In this document: piece after piece, positions 8,978 to 18,454 of the stretch
Layout of the letters: the number at the start of each line of letters is the position of its first letter
Position numbering within the stretch: position 1 is the first letter of the stretch
Assembly (NCBI GenBank): GCA_965203355.1
Contig: OZ241889.1
Coordinates: forward strand, 2,496,001-2,560,000
From: Candidatus Latescibacterota bacterium
Lineage (GTDB): Bacteria; Latescibacterota; UBA2968; UBA8231
Direction of reading: 5' to 3'
DNA: 64,000 nucleotides
The notes under the pieces: model-generated
What the model saw: only the letters and a program-made list of their open reading frames with translations
The model's database searches: none
What the model was told of the DNA's origin: nothing
Position numbers and translations under genes: made by a program

Positions 8978-11092
8978 ATGTTGGTATTAGCCGTTTGTGT
9001 ATGGGTCGTGCTGTCGGGTCGGGTCGCCGAGGCGATTCGGTGGGATTTCGCCGATGGAACGACGCAAGGGTGGTCGGCCAAAGAAGGTACTATCTGGGGT
9101 GGGCCGCGTGAATTGCACCTGTTTCCGGGCGTGGTCGCAGAGGGTGTGTGGCGGATTGAGACGATGCCCCCCGGCGCCGAGTCTTCCACTCCGAGTGTTG
9201 ATCTCGTTTCTCCGCCGATTGGGTATGATTCGGCCCTGTTCGATCGAGTCTATATCCGCTTCCGCACGGTCCATCCCAGTCCTACGACCGGTGTTTTTTC
9301 GATGACGTGGACCAACGAGCACAACTTCGCTTTGTGGATGTCAGACGACCTTGAAACCAGTTTTGGAATTCTTGCTGAAGACATAACCTATACCACCGAG
9401 TGGCAGGAAGTGGTGTTTGTCTTGGCCGAGCAAGACGATAAGATATGGGAGGGCCTGTTAAAGGATATTCGGCTTTATTTTTATTTTTCGTCCGATTCCG
9501 CTGTGGATCGGGTTGAGTGGCTTGAGATTGACTGGATCGAGTTGACGGGTGTGGAAGAGCAATTACAAGGGGAACTCCCGCCGCCATACGTAGATTACTT
9601 TCGCTTTGCGGCGGGTCTTTTTGCTCCGCCCGTTTTCCATCCAATCGCCTCGGGTATAGGGAACGGCTCTGTCTTTTTAGGCACGCAGGTAGGCGTTGGC
9701 GTATTGACGGACTTGGATGGCGATGGCGATTTAGACCTTTTCGCCCCCTATAATTACCTTCAAAGTGAGTCGGAGTCTGTGCAGCAGCAGAAAAAACTGG
9801 GCTGGCTCATAGCACTCAACGACGGGCAAGGGGGCTTGGAACTAGGGCGCATAGAGGAAGTCGTTACCACCGGGCAGGCGCGTATCGATCCGGCAACCGG
9901 CCGGACGATCGGGACGAATTTAGCGATGGTGGGGGCTGATTTGACGGGCGATGGGCAAGACGAAATCGCGATGTATCAGAATAGTAGTAGTAAGACGGCG
10001 ATAGAGGTTTGGTCCATTGATTCGGAACTCCAAGTTGAGATACTCATGCAGATCGAGGATAGACAGTTCGTGGATGCGGCCGATTGGGATGGCGATGGCC
10101 GCGCTGAATTGTTTGTCGCCGGGGGAGCGAGTAAAATGTTGGAGATATGGGGTTTAGAACAGGGCCTGTGGATCACCGAGAAAGAGGTAGCGGTAGTCCA
10201 AGACCATATCCCCGGCCGAATCGGCGACTTTACTGGTCATGGGGAACTGGAGGTGTTGTGGCTCCCGATTTTAGGGCATGCCCGTACGTGGACTGTGAGT
10301 GCCTTGGACGCGGAGTCTCAGCAAGGCGAGGTGGTTAAGTTCGATGAATATAGGCGGCTGTTAGGCGTGGGCGATTTTGATAGGGATGGACGAGTGGATT
10401 TCCTCACGGAGTTTATACGCGACCAAGTCGAAGGGAGCAAAGGATTGCTCGTGCAGAACGCCGACCCTGCCGAATCGGCGGTGCTGTACGATGAGCGACT
10501 CTTTCGGCTCTCGCCGGTGCTGATGCGGGACCTGAATGCTGATGGGGTCAACGACTGGGTGTTTGTGGGCGGGGATCGGCCTTCGGGCGTTGGGGTCTTC
10601 ATCGAGTGGGGTGGGGGGGTCAAGCCGACCCAAGCGGTGGAGCGGCATCGGTTGGAAGGCCCTGGGACCTATGTGCTTTCTGGGGATATGGATGGCGATG
10701 GCGATCTGGATTTGGTGGTGTTAGATCCGGTTTTGGGTGGGGTGCATGTGCTCAAGAGTTCGCTGGCCGAGCAAGCGACGGCTGTGCAGGCGGCGGCGCT
10801 GGTTCGGCCGGCGCGGTATCGGCTGGGCGACAGTTATCCCAATCCATTTAATCCGGCGGTGGTCATTCCGTTAGATTTGGCGAGGGACGCGCAAGTTGTG
10901 TCGCTGACGGTATATGACGTGCTGGGTCGTCGGGTGCGGCTGGTGTGGGAAGGGTCGCTTGGGGCGGGTCGGCATGGGTTGGTGTGGGATGGCCGCGACG
11001 AGGCTGGTCGTGCGGTGGCGGCGGGGGTGTACATCTATCAGGTCGCAATCGACGGACAAGTAGAAGCAAGCAAGATGACGAAACTGCCGTGA
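8978..11092 (+). CDS. Exported FG-GAP/VCBS-repeat protein with N-terminal beta-sandwich (CBM-like) and C-terminal FlgD-Ig/T9SS-A-like domain
   Basis: Signal peptide ending AEA|IRW. Repeated DLDGDGDLDL / DxxGDG motifs, and YPNPFNP..WDGRDEAG..VAAGVYIY at the C-terminus. Confidence 0.85.
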   Translation: MLVLAVCVWVVLSGRVAEAIRWDFADGTTQGWSAKEGTIWGGPRELHLFPGVVAEGVWRIETMPPGAESSTPSVDLVSPPIGYDSALFDRVYIRFRTVHPSPTTGVFSMTWTNEHNFALWMSDDLETSFGILAEDITYTTEWQEVVFVLAEQDDKIWEGLLKDIRLYFYFSSDSAVDRVEWLEIDWIELTGVEEQLQGELPPPYVDYFRFAAGLFAPPVFHPIASGIGNGSVFLGTQVGVGVLTDLDGDGDLDLFAPYNYLQSESESVQQQKKLGWLIALNDGQGGLELGRIEEVVTTGQARIDPATGRTIGTNLAMVGADLTGDGQDEIAMYQNSSSKTAIEVWSIDSELQVEILMQIEDRQFVDAADWDGDGRAELFVAGGASKMLEIWGLEQGLWITEKEVAVVQDHIPGRIGDFTGHGELEVLWLPILGHARTWTVSALDAESQQGEVVKFDEYRRLLGVGDFDRDGRVDFLTEFIRDQVEGSKGLLVQNADPAESAVLYDERLFRLSPVLMRDLNADGVNDWVFVGGDRPSGVGVFIEWGGGVKPTQAVERHRLEGPGTYVLSGDMDGDGDLDLVVLDPVLGGVHVLKSSLAEQATAVQAAALVRPARYRLGDSYPNPFNPAVVIPLDLARDAQVVSLTVYDVLGRRVRLVWEGSLGAGRHGLVWDGRDEAGRAVAAGVYIYQVAIDGQVEASKMTKLP

Positions 11093-11128
11093 GGATGCGC
11101 TTTTTGACTTGAAGAAGGATAATACGGC

Positions 11129-11650
11129 ATGGGACAGCCTAAGCATCCCTTATACTGGATTTACTCCGGCTTAATTTTGCTATTAATCCCCGTGATCTTC
11201 GTGCTTACGGGCCTTTATGAAAAAAGCCGTCGCCTCCAATGGCCCCTGCCGTCTCTGCCGCCGAAAGAAGTATTGCTGAGCCGACTCGCCGCGCTTGATT
11301 CCACCGCGCGCGATTTCCAGTTAGACGAAGTATATCAGGCTACGCCCGCGCCGCGTTCCGGGGTGCTGTCCGCCTATGGCGTCCTTACTGACGACGAGAT
11401 ATTGGCCTATAGGCTGGTCGTCGTGCGCTACGACATTGCCTGTGCTACCTGCCGCGATTTACTGGCGGGCATCCTCGTTGAGCCGAGCGACGACCGCGTC
11501 GTGGCCGTTTGGCCCTTGAACTCTTGGGAACTGGCCGACGGTCCTTTTGACCCCACGGCATTTTTCACCCAACTAAGCGGAAGGCTCCTCTCTGAACCTT
11601 TGGCCGTAGGCCGAGACATTGATAAGAAGAGGCTGTCGTGTTGCTCTTAG
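11129..11650 (+). CDS. Membrane-anchored CxxC protein resembling an FMN-binding (RnfG/NqrC-like) domain; probably 3'-truncated
   Basis: N-terminal TM helix and a CATC motif. Ends FFTQLSGR..LAVGRDID, exactly where a Dxx[ST]GAT flavinylation motif would be expected. Confidence 0.5.
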   Translation: MGQPKHPLYWIYSGLILLLIPVIFVLTGLYEKSRRLQWPLPSLPPKEVLLSRLAALDSTARDFQLDEVYQATPAPRSGVLSAYGVLTDDEILAYRLVVVRYDIACATCRDLLAGILVEPSDDRVVAVWPLNSWELADGPFDPTAFFTQLSGRLLSEPLAVGRDIDKKRLSCCS

Positions 11651-13821
11651 CCTTTTGCACTGGCTTGCTGCTCTTGCGCGGCCCTGCTGGGGCGATTCGG
11701 TGGGACTTTGACGATGGGACGACGCAAGGCTGGGGCGCGAAGAGGTCAATGAGCTCGGGCGGGGAGCATGCCTTTATTCCGTTGTCTGGGTCTGTGGAAG
11801 TCGGCGTCTGGCGGATTAGTGTCTTCCGCAGAGATGATGCTAGTGGAGCCGCGGCGGAGGTGATTTCTCCTACGCTCAATGTGGATTCGCATCTGTTTGA
11901 CCGGGTGCGGCTTCGCTTTCGCTTGGTGCATGATAGTCCTATCCAAGGCGTCTTATCATTCCGCTGGACCAATCAGCACAATCTCAGGTCCCCGGGTATG
12001 GATCCTCTATGGCCGCCCCCACTTAAGAAACAGTTCGTTCTAAGGGCAAACGGCTTTTGGGGTGCATGGGTCTATACGACCGAATGGCAAGAGTATGAGT
12101 TTTCGTTGATCGACTTCGAGAAAAATCCCTACGGGTACTATCCCTTATGGGAAGGGCTGTTGGATGATATTCGGCTGACATTTGACTTGGAAGATGTGGT
12201 CGATCCACCGGCCGCGCCTCAGGAGCAAGCCTTGGAAATTGATTGGATTGAACTGACCGGCGTGGAAGAAATGTTACAAGGCGAGTTACCGCGTCCGTCG
12301 GTAGCGGCGTTGCCCAATCAAGCGGCTGGCGTGTTTGCGCCGCCGACGTTCTCGCCGGTGGCGCCGGGGTTAGGGTACTTTCGTCTGTTAGGCTACGATC
12401 CGGTGGGTGCTTTGCTCGACTTAGATGCGGATGGCGACTTGGATTTATTCTCGTTTTGGGAGGCTTTAGATCGCGAATGGAAAGGGGGCTGGCTCATGGC
12501 CGGCAACACCGGGTCTGGCGCGTTTGAACTGGCGCGGTCAGAACAGTTGGACCTGTGGGATCGGCGGGTGTGCGTCGGCGATATAACCGGGGATGGTCGG
12601 TCGGAGTTGGTGGTCAGTCTGGGTAGTGCCGAGTGGGCGATCACCGTGTGGTCGGTCGGCGAAGCATTTCAGGTGGCGGCATTGCTGGAGCGGGCGCCGC
12701 GTCGGTTGGTGGATGCGGTCGATTGGGATGGCGATGGGGCTGTGGAAGTGTTTGCCCAAGCGCTGGACGCGCCGTTTTTGGAAGTTTGGGATGTGGTGGA
12801 TGGGCAGTGGGTCTTTACCGAACTGTCGGTGCCGGACTCGGCTTCAGGGTTGGGTTGGGCGCATCAGATCGGCGACTTTACCGGGGATGGTCAGTTGGAG
12901 GTGCTGTGGGGGCCGAAGGAATCGTTTCATTTAGCGGCGTTTGAAGCGGTGAGTTCGTTTCAGGTGGGGCCTTTAGGGTCGGCTGCGGGCGAGGGGCTGC
13001 TCTTTGCGGATGTGGTTCCGTTTCCGCTGCTGGCGGGTCGGTCGGGCGACTTTACTGGCGACGGACAGGTGGATTTGCTGGCGGGCGTGCGCGAGGATGG
13101 GGCTGAGCAACGCAAGGGATTGGCCGTGTGGAGCCACCAGGCCGCTGGCTTGCAGCAAACGGTGCTCTATGGGACGGATTTGTTTTTGCGCTCGTCAGTG
13201 GTGGTTTGCGACTTGGACGGGGATGGGGTGGATGATTGGGTGTTCGTCGGGGGCGATTATGCGTCCGGCTTTGGGGTGTTCGTGGAGTGGGGTGGCGGGT
13301 TGCATCCGGGCAAACGGGTGGAGTGGTATCGGTTGGCTGGGTTGGGTCGTGCGCGGTTGGCGGCTGGGGCTTCCAGCGGGTTGGAAGGCAACGGGGTGTT
13401 GGTGTTGCCGGGGGATGTGGATGGCGATGGCGATTTGGACTTAGTGGTGTTGGATCGCGCGTTGGGGGGTGTGCAGGTGCTCAAGAGTGCGGTGGCCGAG
13501 CAAGCGACGGCTGTGCAGGCTTTGCCGCTGGTTCGGCCGGTGCGGCATCGGCTGGGTGCTAGTTATCCCAATCCGTTCAATCCGGCGGTGGTCATTCCGT
13601 TAGACTTAGCGAGGGACGCACTGGCCGTGTCGTTGACGGTATATGACGTGTTGGGTCGTCGGGTGCGGCGGGTGTGGGCTGGGTCGCTTGGGGCGGGTCG
13701 GCATGAGTTGGTGTGGGATGGCCGCGACGCGGCCGGTCGCACGGTGGCGGCGGGGGTGTATATCTATCAGGTCGCAATTGATGGGCAAGTACAAGCAAGC
13801 AAGATGACGAAGCTGCCGTGA
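11638..13821 (+). CDS. Paralogous exported FG-GAP/VCBS-repeat protein with C-terminal FlgD-Ig/T9SS-A-like domain
   Basis: Same architecture as 8978-11092 (AIRWDFxDGTTQGWxAK, YTTEWQE, LEIDWIELTGVEE). The 3' ~400 nt are visibly near-identical to that gene. Confidence 0.85.
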   Translation: MLLLAFCTGLLLLRGPAGAIRWDFDDGTTQGWGAKRSMSSGGEHAFIPLSGSVEVGVWRISVFRRDDASGAAAEVISPTLNVDSHLFDRVRLRFRLVHDSPIQGVLSFRWTNQHNLRSPGMDPLWPPPLKKQFVLRANGFWGAWVYTTEWQEYEFSLIDFEKNPYGYYPLWEGLLDDIRLTFDLEDVVDPPAAPQEQALEIDWIELTGVEEMLQGELPRPSVAALPNQAAGVFAPPTFSPVAPGLGYFRLLGYDPVGALLDLDADGDLDLFSFWEALDREWKGGWLMAGNTGSGAFELARSEQLDLWDRRVCVGDITGDGRSELVVSLGSAEWAITVWSVGEAFQVAALLERAPRRLVDAVDWDGDGAVEVFAQALDAPFLEVWDVVDGQWVFTELSVPDSASGLGWAHQIGDFTGDGQLEVLWGPKESFHLAAFEAVSSFQVGPLGSAAGEGLLFADVVPFPLLAGRSGDFTGDGQVDLLAGVREDGAEQRKGLAVWSHQAAGLQQTVLYGTDLFLRSSVVVCDLDGDGVDDWVFVGGDYASGFGVFVEWGGGLHPGKRVEWYRLAGLGRARLAAGASSGLEGNGVLVLPGDVDGDGDLDLVVLDRALGGVQVLKSAVAEQATAVQALPLVRPVRHRLGASYPNPFNPAVVIPLDLARDALAVSLTVYDVLGRRVRRVWAGSLGAGRHELVWDGRDAAGRTVAAGVYIYQVAIDGQVQASKMTKLP

Positions 13822-13869
13822 GAGGACAACCTCAGCATCCATGTGGATTGAGAATCGGAGTATATCAGC

Positions 13870-14172
13870 ATGATACGCATTGACACCTTGAATCGCTGCG
13901 GCGACACCTTAACCGTCCAACTCGCAGGGTATATCTATAAGGAGGAGTTCGCCATCCTGTATGATTTCCTAAAATCGCAGGCCGAGGAGGGCGTAACGGA
14001 GGTGTGCATCGTGGCCAACGAAATGCGAAGCCTCAACTCATTGCTCCAGCGCGACGCGGACCGCTTGGCGCAACTGGGTCTGAGGTTGCGCTTTCAACAA
14101 CTGAACGATTCCATAAAGTACATATTAGAATACTGGGGGAAGGAGGCTTGGATAGATGATGAAGATGAATAA
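13870..14172 (+). CDS. STAS-like small protein
   Basis: 100 aa with a beta-alpha pattern like anti-sigma antagonists (LTVQLAGYI..., SIKYILEYWG). Motif is weak. Confidence 0.5.
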   Translation: MIRIDTLNRCGDTLTVQLAGYIYKEEFAILYDFLKSQAEEGVTEVCIVANEMRSLNSLLQRDADRLAQLGLRLRFQQLNDSIKYILEYWGKEAWIDDEDE

Positions 14173-15814
14173 GATGTGTGCTTTAGTCGCGATAATCGTG
14201 CTGTGCGGCCAGTCGGTGTGGGCGGGCGAGTGGGTGCAAGCGGGAACGGATGATTTCGCGGCGGGCACTTTTGCCGGTACGCAGATCGACCACTCGGGGC
14301 AGGTGTCGCTGACCTCCTTTCGCGGGGTGAATTTGGCGTTGGATGCGGTAGCTGCGTCCGGGCCGAACACCTTGAGTGGTCGCCGCAGCGTCACCGATGG
14401 CAACCCCGACACCGAGTGGCGCTTTGACAACGCAGTCGAAGTGTTGGGCAAGTGGATTCGCATTGACTTGGGCGGCGACCGCGGCGTCAGCCAAGTGCGC
14501 CTGCTGCCGGGCAAGACGGTGGTCCAACGGCCGCAGTTTTTCGTCAAAGGCTATCGCCTCGAAGTGGCGCGCGAAGCCACGCCCGACGATTGGGTCCTGG
14601 TGGCGCAACAGGCCGAAAACACCCGCCCAACGGTCGATACGTCGGCGGATTCGACGTGGATCGAGACCAAGGCCAACGGGGAGGTGTTGCCCGTGTTGGG
14701 CCGCTTTGTGCGCCTGCGCCTGACGCGGGAGGACCCGCCCAACTGGGTTTCCATCGGCGAGGTGGAAGTGTTTGGCGAGGGCTTTCGCGCCGAAGGTGCG
14801 TTTGAGTCGGCTGTGTTCGATGCCGGGCAGCCGATCAACCTAGGGCGGGTGTGGTTTGCTGGCGATAGGCCGCCGGGCACGGTTTTGCAGGTGCAGTTCC
14901 GCACCTCGGCCGATGGGGAGACGTGGCCCGAATGGCACCGGGTGCCGGCGTGGAATTTGACCGCAGTCGGCGCGGGCGTGGCCCTGACCGAGCCGGAGCC
15001 AGCGCGGTTTGTGCAATATCGGGCGGTGATGGAAACGCGTGACCCGTTGCGGACGCCGCGGCTGGCGCAGGTGGTGGTGGCCTTTGGCGAGGAGCTCTTT
15101 GCACAGGCGGTGGCCGGCAGCATTGCGCCGCCGCGTCCGGTGCTGGGTGCGGAGACCGAGTTTGTCTATACCTTTGACGTGGAAATCGGCCCCAGTGATT
15201 TAGGGTTTGACCGAGTGCGTATTGGCTTGCCCGGGTCGGTGCGACAAGTGCGGTTTGACGGGGCGGTGCTGCCGGCGGATGGGTATGAGGCCGCGTGGGA
15301 CGATGCGGGCATCCACTTGGTGTTGGGAGCCGAGCACCACGTGCGTCGGTCGGGGCGGCTCGAAGTGGAGTTTGCGGCCGTGTTGCTGCGGCCGACGCTG
15401 GCGGTGCGGGCGGCCGTGGCGTTGGGCGCTAGCGCGGATTGGCAGTACGTGCGGCCGGTGACGGACGCGGCGTGGACGTTGGTCGGCGAAGGGGTGGTCG
15501 CTCGCGCCTTGCCGCGCGCTGGCGTGTTGGTGCGGCCCAATCCCTTTAACGCGGCGACTGGCCCGACCCAAATTCAGATCGACTTGGCCAAGGTGCAGCA
15601 CCCGCAGGCCTTGACGGTGGCCCTATACGACTTGGCGGGCCGGAAGCAACGGTTGCTGTGGGACGGGTCGGCCGCGGCTGGGCGCAAGCGCTTGGCCTGG
15701 GATGGCCGCGACAACAGCGGGCGGCGGGTCGCGCCCGGGCATTATCTGCTGCGCGTTGAAATCGACGCGGACCGAGCGGATGTGTGGACCGGGTTGGTCG
15801 GGTTGGTGTACTGA
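14156..15814 (+). CDS. Exported discoidin/F5-8C-like domain protein with C-terminal FlgD-Ig domain
   Basis: Signal peptide; VTDGNPDTEW..WIRIDLG..VSIGEVEVFG discoidin motifs; PNPFN..WDGRDNSGRRVAPGHY. The start may be a few codons later. Confidence 0.8.
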   Translation: MMKMNKMCALVAIIVLCGQSVWAGEWVQAGTDDFAAGTFAGTQIDHSGQVSLTSFRGVNLALDAVAASGPNTLSGRRSVTDGNPDTEWRFDNAVEVLGKWIRIDLGGDRGVSQVRLLPGKTVVQRPQFFVKGYRLEVAREATPDDWVLVAQQAENTRPTVDTSADSTWIETKANGEVLPVLGRFVRLRLTREDPPNWVSIGEVEVFGEGFRAEGAFESAVFDAGQPINLGRVWFAGDRPPGTVLQVQFRTSADGETWPEWHRVPAWNLTAVGAGVALTEPEPARFVQYRAVMETRDPLRTPRLAQVVVAFGEELFAQAVAGSIAPPRPVLGAETEFVYTFDVEIGPSDLGFDRVRIGLPGSVRQVRFDGAVLPADGYEAAWDDAGIHLVLGAEHHVRRSGRLEVEFAAVLLRPTLAVRAAVALGASADWQYVRPVTDAAWTLVGEGVVARALPRAGVLVRPNPFNAATGPTQIQIDLAKVQHPQALTVALYDLAGRKQRLLWDGSAAAGRKRLAWDGRDNSGRRVAPGHYLLRVEIDADRADVWTGLVGLVY

Positions 15815-15837
15815 CGAAGCCGCTAAGGAGATGCGAG

Positions 15838-18454
15838 ATGCGTTTTTTTACCTGGGTTCTTTTGTCCGCCTTGCTGCTGGCCGGGCGGCCGCTCATGGCC
15901 GACCTGCCCGACGCGACCCCCTCGCGTCACTTCTTGCGCCGCCCGCCCCTGAGTGCTTACGCCAATTACGGCGAGGATCTCTACCGGCCTTATCGCCGCG
16001 AGATCCGCCTAGCCCCGCGCTACGACTTCCTCGGCAACTTTCTCGCCGAGGGCTTCTTAGTCTACGAGTTGGACGAGCAGCGGCCCGGCGGCAGCCGCAT
16101 CCTCAAGGACCGCCTCTATCGCTCGCTCAACAACCTGATTATCGCCCACGATAGCTACGGCCCGTGGCACTGGTCTTTGACCGTGGGCGATGAAGTACGC
16201 ACGGAGTTCACGCCGTTGACCTTGCGACAGGCCGGCTTTAATGGCTTGCGCTGGGATGTGGTCTTTCCGGCCAATAAGATCACCTTGCTGACCACGCGCG
16301 GTTTTGACTCGTCGCTGTTTCCCACGCTCAACAGCTTTTCCGATCCAGTGGCCCAAGGGCGGGGATCGCTCATTGACTTTTTGGAGCGGACCGAGGAAAA
16401 CCCGGTGTACAATATCGCCGGTTACTGGCAGACCCGGATAGGCGATGTGCTGCGCTTTGGCGCGACTTTTGTCAACCAGCATCAGGCCAATACGGCCCGC
16501 GGCAGTGCCGGCGGCTTTTTGCGCGGTGGCCTGCCCTATCCGGCCATGCAGCCGCCGAGCGAAATCACCGTGCGCGTGCGCGACGACTCGCCGCAAAGCG
16601 ACGAGGCCGGGGCCATTGTGTACGACATCGTCCTCGAGCTGGAAGGAGAAGGGCCGGAGGGGGAGGCGACGATCAGCAGCGACCCGGCTGACGACCGCTT
16701 TGCGCCGGGTTTGCAGCCGCAGGTGTTGGGCGGGCGACGCGGCGAGGGCTTCCGGGAAGTGCGCGGCGAGGAGGCGGTGGAGTACCTGTTTGTCGTACCG
16801 GAGGATTTTGCACTGAGTGGGGCGAGAGTGCGGGCGTTAGTGGCCAATGATTACCGCATTGAAGTGGCGCAGCAGCATCCCTTTTTCGACGCGCTGCGCA
16901 ATCAGTTCACGCCGCGCAACACCCCCTTTGAGACGCGCGTGCGAGCGGCTGGAGAGGTGCGAGATTTTTCTAATCGGCGCGCCGTGGAATTCGACTACGG
17001 ATTTTCTACGGGCCAGACGATTTTCGGCTTTGACGCGGAGGCCACGTTTGTCGGCCTGAAGGTGCGCGGCGAATACCAGCGCAATCTGCTCTACCGCCGT
17101 TTCCCGGTGCTGCGCGGCCAGCGCGACCAGCAGCGGGCGGCCGCGTGGTACGTCCACGCGCTCAAGGATCTGGGCCGCTTGGAGGTGGGCGGCGAACTCT
17201 TCCGCATTGGGCCGCGCTACGGCGGCGGGTACGACAGCCGGCGCGGTGGGGTGCGGCTCTACACCGACTTGGGCGGCGAAAGCCGAGATCAGCAGATGCT
17301 ATCGGAGTTTCCCCTAGTGGATGACAACGACGACAACGACCGCTACGCGGACGACAACTTGCGCGATTATCCCAACGGCACCGAGATCGAGTCGGGCGTC
17401 TTTCCCGGGCTGGACGAGGACAACGACAACATCCCGGACGACGACAAAAACGCCAATGGAGTGCCCGATTTTGAAGAGCCGTTTTTGCTGTACTACTCCG
17501 ATCCGCAGGAATTTGTCTATGGCATTGACCTCAACAACAACGGCGTGATTGACGAGCGCGAAAACGACAACAAGCCCGACTACCCCTACGACCGCGACCG
17601 GCGCGGTTTGCACGGCTTTGTCGCCGTGCCGCCGTGGCGCGGGCTGTCGGCCGGGGTGGGCTACTATCGCCAAGAAGAGATCGCCGGGCCGAGCGGTCTC
17701 GCGCTACGGGCGCGTGTCCTATGGCTTTGACGTGCCGCGCTGGGGAAAAGTCCAGCTCGACCACGACAGCAAGCGGGTCGAGGACACGGTGCTGGACTCG
17801 GTCTATGTCTTTCGTGCTGGCGAGAACAACAACCCGGACCAGCCGCCGACGCCCGATGCCTTGCTGATGGCCGACTCGTGGGTCCATACCTCGTTTGTCG
17901 GCACCCGCTTGGCGCGGCTGGACCAATTCCATATCGAAAACAACGCCCAGTGGATACTAAACCGGCAGTTGGCAGCGGATGCCCGCGTCCAGACCTTCAC
18001 GATGGTCAACAATGCCGACTACACATACGAGTTGGCTCGCCTGCGCGTCCAAGCCATGATCAAGCATTTGTACAAGCACGTCACCGCCAGCGATCGGCGG
18101 CGGGCCGTGGAGTCGTGGAATCAGATCGCGCCCATCCTGCGCGTGGATTGGACGCTGACGGAGAACACGTTGGTGCAATTCGGCCAACAGGGGTTGGGGG
18201 TGCCGTTTACGCGCACGTTGTTGCCAGCGCTGGCTTTCCGCTTTATCGACCGAGTGGATCGGGAACGCGCCCTGCGCTCGGCCAGTTCGGTGTTGATGTT
18301 CACGGTGCGCGGCACGTACATCGGCTACACTATGGTCTCCAACACCGGCATTGAACTGCGCCACGAAGAATTTGTCGATCCGGCCGTGGCGCGGACGCGC
18401 AATGGTGGGGTGTCGCGGTTTTTTATCTCGGTCATCGCCGGATACGATCGCTAA
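15838..18454 (+). pseudogene. Large exported or outer-membrane protein with Asp-rich (TSP3-like) Ca-binding repeats, split by a frameshift near 17686
   Basis: RBS AAGGAG and signal peptide MRFFTWVLLSALLLAG. The first frame is protein-like to ..YYRQEEIAG. The +1 frame then continues GRAVSRYGRVSYGFD.. to a beta-strand-like end FFISVIAGYDR, whose stop overlaps the next ATG. Confidence 0.7.

Noticed and set aside
11437-11460. CATC as a heme c site
   Set aside because: It reads CATCR, without the His of CxxCH.
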